A stretch of DNA of 35,237 nt, from NCBI GenBank assembly GCA_030630005.1, contig DAOVNY010000002.1, forward strand, positions 1-35,237, written 5' to 3'. Below, piece after piece: positions 1 to 8,757 of the stretch. A program made the position numbers and the translations under genes. The first letter of the stretch is position 1. Each line of letters begins with the position of its first letter. Below the pieces are notes generated by a model. It saw only the letters and a program-made list of their open reading frames with translations. It did not search any database and was not told the DNA's origin. This DNA is from Bacteroidales bacterium (GTDB lineage Bacteria > Bacteroidota > Bacteroidia > Bacteroidales > JAIORY01).

Positions 1-2
1 CG

Positions 3-635
3 GTGAATTATCCGGAGAAAAAAATCTCTGATTCAGTCAGGAATATTTTGAAAAAGAAATTCTTCGGAAAGAAAACCTTACTGCAAGACCTTGACATTAT
101 GATGGTAAACTGCGAACAAGATTATTTTAATAATTACAAAACAGCAAATAAGGATATTTACGATGGGAAAAACTCATTTAACTGGGAAAAGAAAAATGAG
201 ATGAAAGTGTATTACAATGAAAATTACATACTTACTCTTTCTTTTTCAAGTTATGCTCACACAGGAGGAGCACACGGATTATGGATAAAAAAGTTTGTGA
301 TTGTAGATTTAAAAAAAGGCTCTGTCATCAAACTTGACAATATTTTTAAAAGAAATTACGAAAATGAACTGAAAAAAACCCTCAACACTAAACTCAAAAA
401 GAAATACGCAATCAAAGAAAATGAAAAACTTACTGATGCAGGTTTTTTTGTTGAAGAGATAAATATTTCAAAAAACTATTATGTAAACAAAGATGGCGTA
501 GGATTTTATTACAATAATTATGAAATTGCTTCTTATGCCACCGGGCAAACTGATATTTTTATACCATTTAAAAATATAATACATTTGATAAAAATTGACA
601 GTCCTGTAAACCGTATTTTGAATTCATTATATTAA
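3..635 (+). CDS. DUF3298 (RsiV/PdaC C-terminal-like) domain protein, 5' end outside window
   Basis: Frame is open to the window start. SSYAHTGGAHG followed by VIVDLKKGSVIKLDNIF and GFYYNNYEIASYATGQ fit the DUF3298 signature (Y.GGAHG ... F..Y.i.pYa.G). Confidence 0.7.
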   Translation: MNYPEKKISDSVRNILKKKFFGKKTLLQDLDIMMVNCEQDYFNNYKTANKDIYDGKNSFNWEKKNEMKVYYNENYILTLSFSSYAHTGGAHGLWIKKFVIVDLKKGSVIKLDNIFKRNYENELKKTLNTKLKKKYAIKENEKLTDAGFFVEEINISKNYYVNKDGVGFYYNNYEIASYATGQTDIFIPFKNIIHLIKIDSPVNRILNSLY

Positions 636-756
636 AATAATAATTGTTTATAAAAAGAATATTCCGTTTAATAAAAAAATGAAAAACTATAATATTTTTG
701 TGACATTAATTTATTTATTTTGTGATGAATTTTAAATTTATACTGTAAAAATAAAA

Positions 757-3003
757 ATGGAAAACATTTACATTGTATTAGTAGGAGTTTTATTTATTCT
801 TGCAATTTCAGATTTGGTTGTAGGAGTAAGTAATGATGCTGTTAATTTCCTGAATTCAGCCGTTGGATCGAAAGCAGCACCATTCAAAGTCATTATGTTA
901 ATTGCTGCATTAGGCATATTATTCGGAACAATATTTTCAAGCGGGATGATGGAGATTGCACGAAAAGGGATATTTCATCCTCAGTATTTTTATTTTTCAG
1001 AAATAATGATAATATTTCTGGCAGTTATGGTTACGGATGTTTTACTGCTTGACATGTTCAATACTTTCGGGCTACCCACCTCTACCACAGTATCAATTGT
1101 ATTTGAACTTTTGGGTGCTGCAGTTGCTGTAGCAATATTCAAAATATCCGCAGACCCAAACGGAACTATGCATCTCGGCGAATATATAAACTCTGAAAAA
1201 GCATTAGCAATTATTGCAGGTATTTTATTATCGGTAATTATTGCATTTAGTATAGGAGCATTTGTTCAATATTTAATCAGGATTGTATTTTCATTTAACT
1301 ACAAAAAAACTTTAAAAAATTACGGAGCTATATGGGGCGGGATTGCAATTTCTGCCATCACTTATTTTATTCTTATTAAAGGTGCAAAAGGTGCAGCTTT
1401 TATGTCGGATGACACCAAAGAACTTATTAAAGAAAACACATTACTAATACTTGGAGCCAGTTTTATCGTATGGACAATTCTACTGCAATTATTAAGCTGG
1501 TTAATTAAAATAAATATTTTAAAACTAATTGTTTTGGTTGGGACTTTTGCTTTGGCAATGGCGTTTGCCGGAAACGACCTTGTAAACTTTATTGGTGTCC
1601 CACTTGCAGGTTTAGCTTCTTTTAAAGAATTTATTGCAAATCCGGGAGCTGACCCAAACAGTTTTTTGATGACTGCCTTACAAGGCAAAACACAAACCCC
1701 TACGATTTTACTTATCCTTGCCGGATTAATTATGGTGATTACATTATGGTTTAGCCGAAAAGCAAGAGGAGTAATGAAAACTGAAATTGACCTTGGTCGT
1801 CAAAATGAAGGTGCCGAACGATTCGGATCATCTGCCGTTTCTCGGTCAATTGTGAGAAGCTCCTTAAATTTCAGCAAAACTGTTACATCTATTATTCCTG
1901 ATACTGTAAAAAATAAATTATCAAAACGATTCAGACCTATTGAAACTATCGAAGAGGTTGATGGCACATCATTCGACCTTGTCAGAGCATCGGTAAATCT
2001 GGTTGTAGCAAGTATTATTATTTCATTTGCCACATCATTAAAACTTCCTCTTTCAACCACTTATGTTACATTTATGGTTGCAATGGGAACTTCACTTGCT
2101 GATAAAGCATGGGGACGCGAAAGTGCAGTTTATCGTATTACCGGAGTGTTATCGGTGATAGGCGGATGGTTCTTCACAGCTTTTTCTGCATTTGTAGTTG
2201 CATTTCTTCTTGCATTATTATTTTCATGGAGTGGTATTATAGCAATTATTATTATGGTTGTTATTGCTTTTTTTATCATTATTAGAACTCAGGCTTTTCA
2301 TAAAAAACGTGAAAAAGAGCAAAAAGAAACTGAAAGCATCTATGAAATTACAGGCGATAATATTGTTGAAAAATGTTCGACTGAAGTTGTAGATATATTG
2401 TTCGATATTTCTGTAATTTATAAAGATATTTTTCAGGCACTTGTTAATGAAGATATAAAGAAACTCAGGGAAATAAATAAACGCGTTGACAAGATAAACA
2501 AACACACCAAACGATTGAAAGATAATACCTATAAAACAATACATCAACTTAATGAAGATTTAATTGAAACAGGACATTATTATGTTCAGGTACTTGACTA
2601 CTTACGTGAGATAGCTCACTGTATTACATTTATTGTGCAACCAAGTTTAGAACATGTTGATAATAACCATAAAGGACTAATCCCTGAACAAATTACAGAA
2701 CTGAATTTCATCACAAAAGGTATAGATGATCTTATCAAAATAGTTAATAATGTTATTAAAAATAACGAATTTAATGATCTTATTAAAGTTTTGTATCACC
2801 AAAAAACATTACTTGCAGCTATTGAAGAATATCGTAAAAAACAAATTAAAAGGATCAAACATAAAGAAGCAGGAACTAAAAACAGTATGCTTTATATCAC
2901 TATCCTTGCCGAGACAAAAAACTTATTATTAAATACAATTAATCTTGTAAAATCGCAAAGAGACTTTATAATATATAATAACAGCAAAAACAAAACAAAT
3001 TAA
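757..3003 (+). CDS. PiT/PHO4-family inorganic phosphate transporter with hydrophilic PhoU-like helical C-terminal extension
   Basis: 748 aa with many hydrophobic helices. Duplicated PiT signature: GVSNDAVNFLNSAVGS in the N-half and AGNDLVNFIGVPLAG in the C-half. The last ~230 aa are charged and helical. Confidence 0.8.
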   Translation: MENIYIVLVGVLFILAISDLVVGVSNDAVNFLNSAVGSKAAPFKVIMLIAALGILFGTIFSSGMMEIARKGIFHPQYFYFSEIMIIFLAVMVTDVLLLDMFNTFGLPTSTTVSIVFELLGAAVAVAIFKISADPNGTMHLGEYINSEKALAIIAGILLSVIIAFSIGAFVQYLIRIVFSFNYKKTLKNYGAIWGGIAISAITYFILIKGAKGAAFMSDDTKELIKENTLLILGASFIVWTILLQLLSWLIKINILKLIVLVGTFALAMAFAGNDLVNFIGVPLAGLASFKEFIANPGADPNSFLMTALQGKTQTPTILLILAGLIMVITLWFSRKARGVMKTEIDLGRQNEGAERFGSSAVSRSIVRSSLNFSKTVTSIIPDTVKNKLSKRFRPIETIEEVDGTSFDLVRASVNLVVASIIISFATSLKLPLSTTYVTFMVAMGTSLADKAWGRESAVYRITGVLSVIGGWFFTAFSAFVVAFLLALLFSWSGIIAIIIMVVIAFFIIIRTQAFHKKREKEQKETESIYEITGDNIVEKCSTEVVDILFDISVIYKDIFQALVNEDIKKLREINKRVDKINKHTKRLKDNTYKTIHQLNEDLIETGHYYVQVLDYLREIAHCITFIVQPSLEHVDNNHKGLIPEQITELNFITKGIDDLIKIVNNVIKNNEFNDLIKVLYHQKTLLAAIEEYRKKQIKRIKHKEAGTKNSMLYITILAETKNLLLNTINLVKSQRDFIIYNNSKNKTN

Positions 3004-3038
3004 AACGAAGCGAAGCAAGCGACACGAAGTTAGCCCGT

Positions 3039-3440
3039 ATGGGGTCCGTATGGATTAATAAAATCATTTCAGGAGGGCAGACGGGCGTTGACCGGGCTGC
3101 CCTTGATTTTGCTATAAAAAACCAATATCAAAATCCTAAATATTTTGGATATATTTGTAATCAAATGAATTATCAGCAAAAAATAAAATCAACAGAAAAT
3201 ATTTTAGAAAAGCTGAAAGAAATTCTATCTGAAACTCTTTGGGAAAGTGATCCTAATTTGTATTCGAGCGATAGAATGCTTTTACCATGGATTGAAGAAG
3301 ATGCTGAATACAAGATAAAAAAACTGAAATTAAAGAAAAATGATGAGATATTTTATTTGCAAAAATTACATAATCTCTTTGGAGAATATTCTGATGCTAA
3401 TCCATATTTAAAACGAAAAAAAAGTTCTAATAATAAATAG
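3039..3440 (+). pseudogene. Chimeric ORF: the first ~25 codons look like a SLOG/YpsA-type ('molybdenum carrier'-like) N-terminus, the rest is unrelated AT-rich sequence
   Basis: IISGGQTGVDRAALDFAI matches the YpsA/SLOG N-terminal glycine loop, but the expected following GGWCPKGR-type segment is absent in every frame. GC drops from about 47-48% (3001-3120) to about 22% (3121-3180). Confidence 0.4.
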
Positions 3441-3502
3441 TTTCATCCTATTGACTTTGATCCCATTTGCAAAATTTAGAAAACAAGCTACTTTTTTGTT
3501 TA

Positions 3503-4738
3503 TCAAAAAAACCATTTTTTCTTAAGCATTTGGGCATTCCAAAAATATTCATAATTATTTCCATTAAGATTTACAACTTCATCCACCATAAATATAATAC
3601 TACCTGCTTTGTCAATTTTCATATTCTTAATATCATAATCCCGATTATAGCTCTCTATAAGTTCAAAAAGATGTTTCATATATTCCGAAGAAGTAATCTT
3701 TTTGGAGTTTATTTCAATTATCGTTTGGAGTTCATTTTCAAATGATTTCAAAGCATTATCTTTAATGTTTTTTATAAATTCAGCATTCCCGTTTTTAATG
3801 ATTTTTCTAAGTTTCATTGCAATATCTATTTCTTCTTCTTCTCGAAGATTTGAAATTGATCCTTTATTATTTCTAAACTCCAGAAATTCGTTTATGCCAT
3901 CTTTTATTTTCACATCCAATTGCTCCGACTTTTTATTTGTCGCATTATTCAACAGATTCATAATTCTTTCAGTATCATCAGTAAGTGTTTCCAGAAAGAA
4001 ACGGTATTTCACTTCCGACAGTTTTTCAGTCAGTTGTATACTCGCCTTAATGAGGGCATAATTTTCATTTTCATTAGATTCTAACAACTTAAAGTAAATT
4101 ATTTCTTTCTGATTATTTGTAGTTGTTTCCAGAACATATTCATTTTCATCAAAAACATTTTCACCTTCACATTTAATCGGCACCTTTAATTTTATTGAAT
4201 GATATGGATAGATTTTTTTTGCTAAGGTTGGATACCAGATATTATTTTTAATGCTTTCGAGTGGCGAAATATTTATTTGTCCAAAGAGATATTCATGAGG
4301 AAGAAGATACCAAACCTTTCCATCATAAGCAAGAGGACTAATATCTTTGAATTCCAGAGATAAAAGTTTCTTTTTTAAAATCTTATAATTTGTTCGGTTT
4401 TGCTTGTCAGTACCAAGTAGTTCTACAAAACACTTAAACTGAAATCCGAGTCTCGGATTGCATCGAATTTTTATTGAAATAATCTTTTCAGTTTCATTAA
4501 TTATAGCAACATCTTTAAAGGAAACCGTTTTATTTACAAGTTTTGTTCCATCACCCCCTTCACGAACAAACAACATTTTATAATTAGCATCCGAAATATT
4601 TGGTACAATAATCTGGATTTTCACTCTTCTCTGGTAAAACCAATATAAACCTATAACTCCGATACCAATTGCTGTAAGAGCATTAGCAACAATACTTAAA
4701 TAAACTTCCCATACTTGGGAAAGTGACATTTCAAACAT
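3503..4738 (-). CDS. Hypothetical protein with a single N-terminal transmembrane helix; no recognisable domain
   Basis: 411-aa uninterrupted ORF in AT-rich DNA. Hydrophobic segment VYLSIVANALTAIGIGVIGLYWFY is followed by QRR. The remainder is Lys/Asn/Glu-rich with no motif I can place. Confidence 0.55.
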   Translation of the reverse strand: MFEMSLSQVWEVYLSIVANALTAIGIGVIGLYWFYQRRVKIQIIVPNISDANYKMLFVREGGDGTKLVNKTVSFKDVAIINETEKIISIKIRCNPRLGFQFKCFVELLGTDKQNRTNYKILKKKLLSLEFKDISPLAYDGKVWYLLPHEYLFGQINISPLESIKNNIWYPTLAKKIYPYHSIKLKVPIKCEGENVFDENEYVLETTTNNQKEIIYFKLLESNENENYALIKASIQLTEKLSEVKYRFFLETLTDDTERIMNLLNNATNKKSEQLDVKIKDGINEFLEFRNNKGSISNLREEEEIDIAMKLRKIIKNGNAEFIKNIKDNALKSFENELQTIIEINSKKITSSEYMKHLFELIESYNRDYDIKNMKIDKAGSIIFMVDEVVNLNGNNYEYFWNAQMLKKKWFF

Positions 4739-4837
4739 ATTTTTTAAGATTTAATATTTTATGAATAAATTTTAACTATTAGGTTGTTTTCAAAATTATA
4801 AAAAAATAATCTAAAACTAATGCTATTGATAAAATAA

Positions 4838-5704
4838 TTAAACCTCTGCACAAACCATCCTACTTTTTCCGTTCAAATCACTTTTCAAAATAACATTGCT
4901 AAAACTAAAATCCTTAAGCATTTTTCTTACTTCTTCTCCATAAGCTTCATTAATCTCGAAATATAATTTCCCGTTTGTTTTTAAATTCAATTTGGCGAAT
5001 TTTGATATAGCCTTATAAAAAATCAAAGGATCATTATCATCAACAAATAAAGCTGATTCGGGCTCATAGTCGAGAACATTTTTACGCATTAGTTTTTTCT
5101 CTGATTCCCGAATATAAGGAGGATTACTCACAATAATGTCAAATTGAGGTAAAATTTCCGTTTCACTTTTGTTTAGAATATCAATTTTAAAAAAAATTAT
5201 TTTCAGATGGTGATTTTGTGTATTTTTTTCTGCCACTTTTAAAGCGTCTGCATATTTATCAAGTGCATAAACTTCCGAAAGATAAAATTCCTTTTTCAAA
5301 GCAATAGCAATACATCCGCTACCTGTCCCAACATCAAGAATTTTAATATTTTTCCGGTTTTTATTTTCATTAATAATTAATTCAATCAACTCTTCAGTTT
5401 CCGAGCGGGGTATCAAAACATTCTCATTTACAAAAAAATCCAATCCATAGAAATTTGCCTTTCCGGTAATATATTGAATTGGTTTGTATTTTTTAATATC
5501 CTTAACGGCAAAATGAATTTTTAAAATATCCGATTCATTTATTCTCAACTCAGAATTTACAAGCATATCCATTCTTGAAACCTTACAAACTTCCTCAAAT
5601 AAAATCTTTAAAATACTTAGACTTTCCTTTTCATCATAAAAATCAACTAACTCATTTTTATAATAATCAAAAATATCTTTCGCCTTATTTGTATTTATCT
5701 TCAT
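4838..5704 (-). CDS. prmC: Peptide chain release factor N5-glutamine methyltransferase
   Basis: 288 aa. SAM motif ILDVGTGSGCIAI and catalytic IVSNPPYI (NPPY), with typical HemK/PrmC length and layout. Confidence 0.9.
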   Translation of the reverse strand: MKINTNKAKDIFDYYKNELVDFYDEKESLSILKILFEEVCKVSRMDMLVNSELRINESDILKIHFAVKDIKKYKPIQYITGKANFYGLDFFVNENVLIPRSETEELIELIINENKNRKNIKILDVGTGSGCIAIALKKEFYLSEVYALDKYADALKVAEKNTQNHHLKIIFFKIDILNKSETEILPQFDIIVSNPPYIRESEKKLMRKNVLDYEPESALFVDDNDPLIFYKAISKFAKLNLKTNGKLYFEINEAYGEEVRKMLKDFSFSNVILKSDLNGKSRMVCAEV

Positions 5705-5741
5705 TAATTATGGTTCTATATTGAATGTAATTAGTAATCAA

Positions 5742-5770
5742 ATTTGCCACATATTCACAAATATTAAAAT
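5742..5770. repeat. Copy A of a ~28-nt intergenic motif ATTTGCCACAnATTCACAnAT(A)TTAAAAT
   Basis: atttgccacatattcacaaatattaaaat. Near-identical to 12570-12597 (2 substitutions and 1 indel). Contains an internal direct repeat CACAnATT. Confidence 0.6.
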
Positions 5771-5832
5771 TACGTCCCGAAATTAACTAAAATTACGTAT
5801 TTTTGAGCTTATAATCAAAATAAAGAAAAGAT

Positions 5833-6486
5833 ATGCAAGGAGATGTACTAATAATCAACGAAAACCACAAAAAAGCAGCACGCCAAACCATACTATTTAT
5901 TCTCGACAAGATTAAAGCAGCCACAAATAAATTTGCAATTACCGTTGCCGGTGAATCCGGTGCAGGAAAATCGGAAATTGCAGCCTCAATATCAAAAGAA
6001 CTGGAAAAAAATAATATCACAAATTTTATTTTTCAGCAGGATGATTATTTTATTTATCCGCCAAAAACAAATTCACAGTTAAGACTAAAAGATATTAATC
6101 ATGTTGGCATTTCAGAAGTTAAACTTGATTTGCTTGATGATGAAATTCAAATGGTAAAAAATGGTCAGACGCTAATAGAAAAACCTCTCGTAATTTTTGA
6201 GGAAGACAGAATCGCCAAAGAAGCTGTAGAACTGAAAGATAAAGATGTATTGATAGCAGAAGGAACATACACCACAGCACTGAAAAATGCTGACATAAGA
6301 ATTTTTATCGACAGAAATCATCAAGACACAAAAGCTTCGCGATTAGAAAGAAACAGAGAAAAGCAAGACGAATATCTCGAAAAAATACTTCTAATTGAAC
6401 ATAATATTATTTCAAAACATAAAGCATTAGCAGATATCATTATCACAAAAGAATACAACGCAATAAAAGGAGGAAAATATGAATGA
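5833..6486 (+). CDS. Uridine kinase / phosphoribulokinase-family P-loop kinase
   Basis: Walker A ITVAGESGAGKS, then QQDDYF, then VLIAEGTY and IRIFIDRNHQDTKASRLERN. This follows the Udk/PRK order of motifs (GxSGSGKT ... qDxYY ... EG ... D.kifvd.d.d.r..RR). Confidence 0.7.
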   Translation: MQGDVLIINENHKKAARQTILFILDKIKAATNKFAITVAGESGAGKSEIAASISKELEKNNITNFIFQQDDYFIYPPKTNSQLRLKDINHVGISEVKLDLLDDEIQMVKNGQTLIEKPLVIFEEDRIAKEAVELKDKDVLIAEGTYTTALKNADIRIFIDRNHQDTKASRLERNREKQDEYLEKILLIEHNIISKHKALADIIITKEYNAIKGGKYE

Positions 6487-7759
6487 TAAATTCAAACATA
6501 TAGCATTACTAAGCACTCACGGATTTTTCGATCCCATTCCACAACTTGGCAGAACAGATACAGGTGGGCAGGTGGTTTATGTTTTGGAAATGGCAAAAGC
6601 AATTTCAAAAACCGGTATTAAAGTTGACATTTTTACAAGATGGTTTGATAAATCTCAAAAACAAATTGATCCGGTTCCGGGTTATCCCGATGTAAATATT
6701 ATTAGAATCCAGGCAGGACCATGGGAGTTTATTCCAAAAGAATTTATTTATGATGTCCTCCCTAAACTTTCCGAAAATATGATCAAGTTCATAAAAGAAA
6801 ACCATCTTGATTACGATCTTTTTCACGGACATTATGTTGATGCCGGAATAGTTACCCTGAATATAGCAAAAGCATTTGGCAAACCTTCATATTTTACGGC
6901 ACATTCAATCGGTGCATGGAAAAAAGACCAGATGGGTGGTGACCCCGATGAGATGGAAAAGAAATTCAATTTTAAACACAGAATTAGTGAGGAAATCAGA
7001 ATATTTAAAAATGTAAATGCTCAAACCGTAACTTCTGCTGTTCAGCTTGAGAAACTTAACGAGCTTTATAATTATTTTGCTAATAACATAGAAGATATAC
7101 CACCGGGAGTTGATGTACACACTTATAATTTGCTTTCGGAAGAAGATTTGAAGAAAAAAACTAAACTTCCCGAAAATTATGTTTTCTGTATCAGCCGAAT
7201 CGACACTAACAAAGGACACGATTTTTTACTTCATGCCTTTGATATTGTAAGAAAAAAAATACCTGATATTGATCTCGTAATAGGTGGCGGATCACCTAAT
7301 CCAGAGCAAAGGGAAATAGATCTTTACGGAAAAATGAAAAAAATTATTGACGAAAAAGGTATGAATGGCAGAGTTGAACTTATTGGTTATGTTCCTGATG
7401 AACTTATGCCGGCATATTATCAACAATCGCAATGCTTTGTTCTTCCGTCCTTATTCGAACCCTTTGGTATGACAACCCAGGAAGCAATGGCTTGTGGAAA
7501 ACCCGTTATTGCCTCTAAATTTGGTGGCATCAGAAATATAATTAAAAATGGTGAAAATGGTTTTCTTGTAGATCCTTCGGATACACAAGAGTTTGCTGAT
7601 GCAATTATTTCTCTTGTCGGTAATAAAGAAGTCCAGAAAAAAGTTGGGGTGCAAGCATACAAAACTTGCCAAGAGCATTTTAGCTGGGAAGCAATTGCTG
7701 AAAGATTTCTGAATTTCTATAAAAAATTTGGTACTACTACAAATTTAGTGGAACATTGA
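6479..7759 (+). CDS. Sucrose-phosphate-synthase-like GT4 (GT-B) glycosyltransferase
   Basis: N-terminus HIALLSTHGFFDPIPQLGRTDTGGQVVYVLEMAKA is the SPS-type motif (GR.DTGGQv.YV.ElA.aL). C-terminal LPSLFEPFGMTTQEAMACGKPVIAS...NGFLVDP is the GT4 EX7E region. Its start overlaps the kinase stop (ATGAATGA). Confidence 0.8.
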   Translation: MNDKFKHIALLSTHGFFDPIPQLGRTDTGGQVVYVLEMAKAISKTGIKVDIFTRWFDKSQKQIDPVPGYPDVNIIRIQAGPWEFIPKEFIYDVLPKLSENMIKFIKENHLDYDLFHGHYVDAGIVTLNIAKAFGKPSYFTAHSIGAWKKDQMGGDPDEMEKKFNFKHRISEEIRIFKNVNAQTVTSAVQLEKLNELYNYFANNIEDIPPGVDVHTYNLLSEEDLKKKTKLPENYVFCISRIDTNKGHDFLLHAFDIVRKKIPDIDLVIGGGSPNPEQREIDLYGKMKKIIDEKGMNGRVELIGYVPDELMPAYYQQSQCFVLPSLFEPFGMTTQEAMACGKPVIASKFGGIRNIIKNGENGFLVDPSDTQEFADAIISLVGNKEVQKKVGVQAYKTCQEHFSWEAIAERFLNFYKKFGTTTNLVEH

Positions 7760-7762
7760 AAA

Positions 7763-7781
7763 AATGATTAAATGCTAAAAT
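7763..7781 (+). repeat. Short copy of the AATGATTAAATGC(G)TAAA intergenic motif
   Basis: aatgattaaatgctaaaat fills most of the 29-bp spacer between the GT gene and xdhC. It shares its core with 8584-8605, 17260-17275 and 33942-33957. Confidence 0.5.
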
Positions 7782-7788
7782 AAAAATA

Positions 7789-8550
7789 ATGAATAATGAC
7801 ATTTTTCTTGAAATAAATGAAGCAAGAAAGGGTAACAAAAAAGTTGCTCTTTGTACAATCATCGAAACAAAAGGTTCGACACCTCGTAAAGCAGGTTCCA
7901 AAATGCTTGTTTATGAAGCTAAAAGTATCTCAGGAACTGTTGGCGGTGGTAATATTGAATTGAAAATTATTGAAAAAGCCATTGAGGTAATTGAAAAAAG
8001 CTCAAGCGGCAAATTTGTTTTTGACCTTGGTAATGACCTCGACATGCAATGTGGCGGATATGTGGAAGTATTTATTGAGTCACTAAATCAAAAAAATGAC
8101 TTGATAATTTTTGGTGCCGGTCATGTTGGAAAAGCAGTTGCCCGTTTTGCTTCTCAGCTGGGATTTGAAATTACATTTGTTGATAACAGAAAAAATATTA
8201 TTTCTGATGTTGATATTCAAAATAATAAATTCATTAATAAAGAATATTTTGATGCATTTGAAGATATTGATTTTACTGATAAATCTTTTATAATTGTTAC
8301 AACTCCTAATCACGAATTCGATCAGGAAGTAACAGCAATCTGCATAAAAAAGCCACATGCATATCTCGGAATGATCGGTAGCAAAAGAAAAGTAGCAACA
8401 ACAAAAAACAATCTAATTGAAAAAGGATTTTCAGAGAAAGAAATTGAAAAGGTTGATATGCCCATCGGAATAAAATTTAATGCACAAACTCCTGATGAAA
8501 TAGCAATCAGCATAGTTGCAAAACTTATTGATGTACGAAACTCGCTTTGA
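7789..8550 (+). CDS. xdhC: XdhC/CoxI-family molybdenum hydroxylase maturation protein
   Basis: 253 aa. N-terminal VALCTIIETKGSTPRKAGSKMLV (XdhC_CoxI signature) plus Rossmann-like LIIFGAGHVGKAVARFA (XdhC_C). Confidence 0.85.
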   Translation: MNNDIFLEINEARKGNKKVALCTIIETKGSTPRKAGSKMLVYEAKSISGTVGGGNIELKIIEKAIEVIEKSSSGKFVFDLGNDLDMQCGGYVEVFIESLNQKNDLIIFGAGHVGKAVARFASQLGFEITFVDNRKNIISDVDIQNNKFINKEYFDAFEDIDFTDKSFIIVTTPNHEFDQEVTAICIKKPHAYLGMIGSKRKVATTKNNLIEKGFSEKEIEKVDMPIGIKFNAQTPDEIAISIVAKLIDVRNSL

Positions 8551-8567
8551 AAGGTAATTTGATAGAC

Positions 8568-8654
8568 TGAATGACTAAAATGATTAAATGATTAAATGCG
8601 TAAATAAATGAATGATTGAATGAATGATTGAATGATTGATTGAATGATTGAATC
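8568..8654 (+). repeat. Tandem array of ~11 degenerate 8-nt units (TTGAATGA / TTAAATGA / TAAAATGC)
   Basis: Read directly: tgaatgac taaaatga ttaaatga ttaaatgc gtaaataa atgaatga ttgaatga atga ttgaatga ttga ttgaatga ttgaatc. Confidence 0.85.
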
Positions 8655-8687
8655 AATATTGAGATTTATAACAATAGCTGGAATTTT

Positions 8688-8718
8688 ATCATTTAAGCAT
8701 TTAACCATTTACGCATTT
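8688..8718 (-). repeat. Inverted-orientation copy (4 units) of the same 8-nt repeat family
   Basis: The reverse complement reads aaatgcgt aaatggtt aaatgctt aaatgat. Positions 8707-8718 (atttacgcattt) are the exact reverse complement of 8594-8605 (aaatgcgtaaat). Confidence 0.75.
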
Positions 8719-8757
8719 CCACAAAAATAACAGTAAAAACAAAAACTTAATTAATAA

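Noticed and set aside
693-700. Bacteroidota-type -7 promoter boxes (TAnnTTTG) at 693-700, 5798-5805 and 13922-13929
   Set aside because: All three match the octamer and sit 17-57 nt upstream of start codons. None has a TTTG -33 partner at the expected spacing, and such AT-rich octamers are expected by chance here. I therefore did not call them as features.
3004-4837. Mobile element or prophage fragment between the pit gene and prmC
   Set aside because: There is a compositional break at about 3115, but no integrase, transposase, tRNA fragment or convincing flanking direct repeats. Only tataaaaaa-type AT-rich matches occur.
8568-8718. Possible CRISPR array (also considered for 17213-17283)
   Set aside because: The units are only 8 nt and directly abutting, with no spacers. 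No cas genes are in the window.
8551-8757. Purine or Moco riboswitch upstream of xdhA (also checked at 13870-13945 upstream of ygfK)
   Set aside because: The spacers consist of AT-rich octamer repeats. I cannot find the conserved cores of either riboswitch class, such as the purine three-way-junction loops or the GC-rich Moco motif stems.
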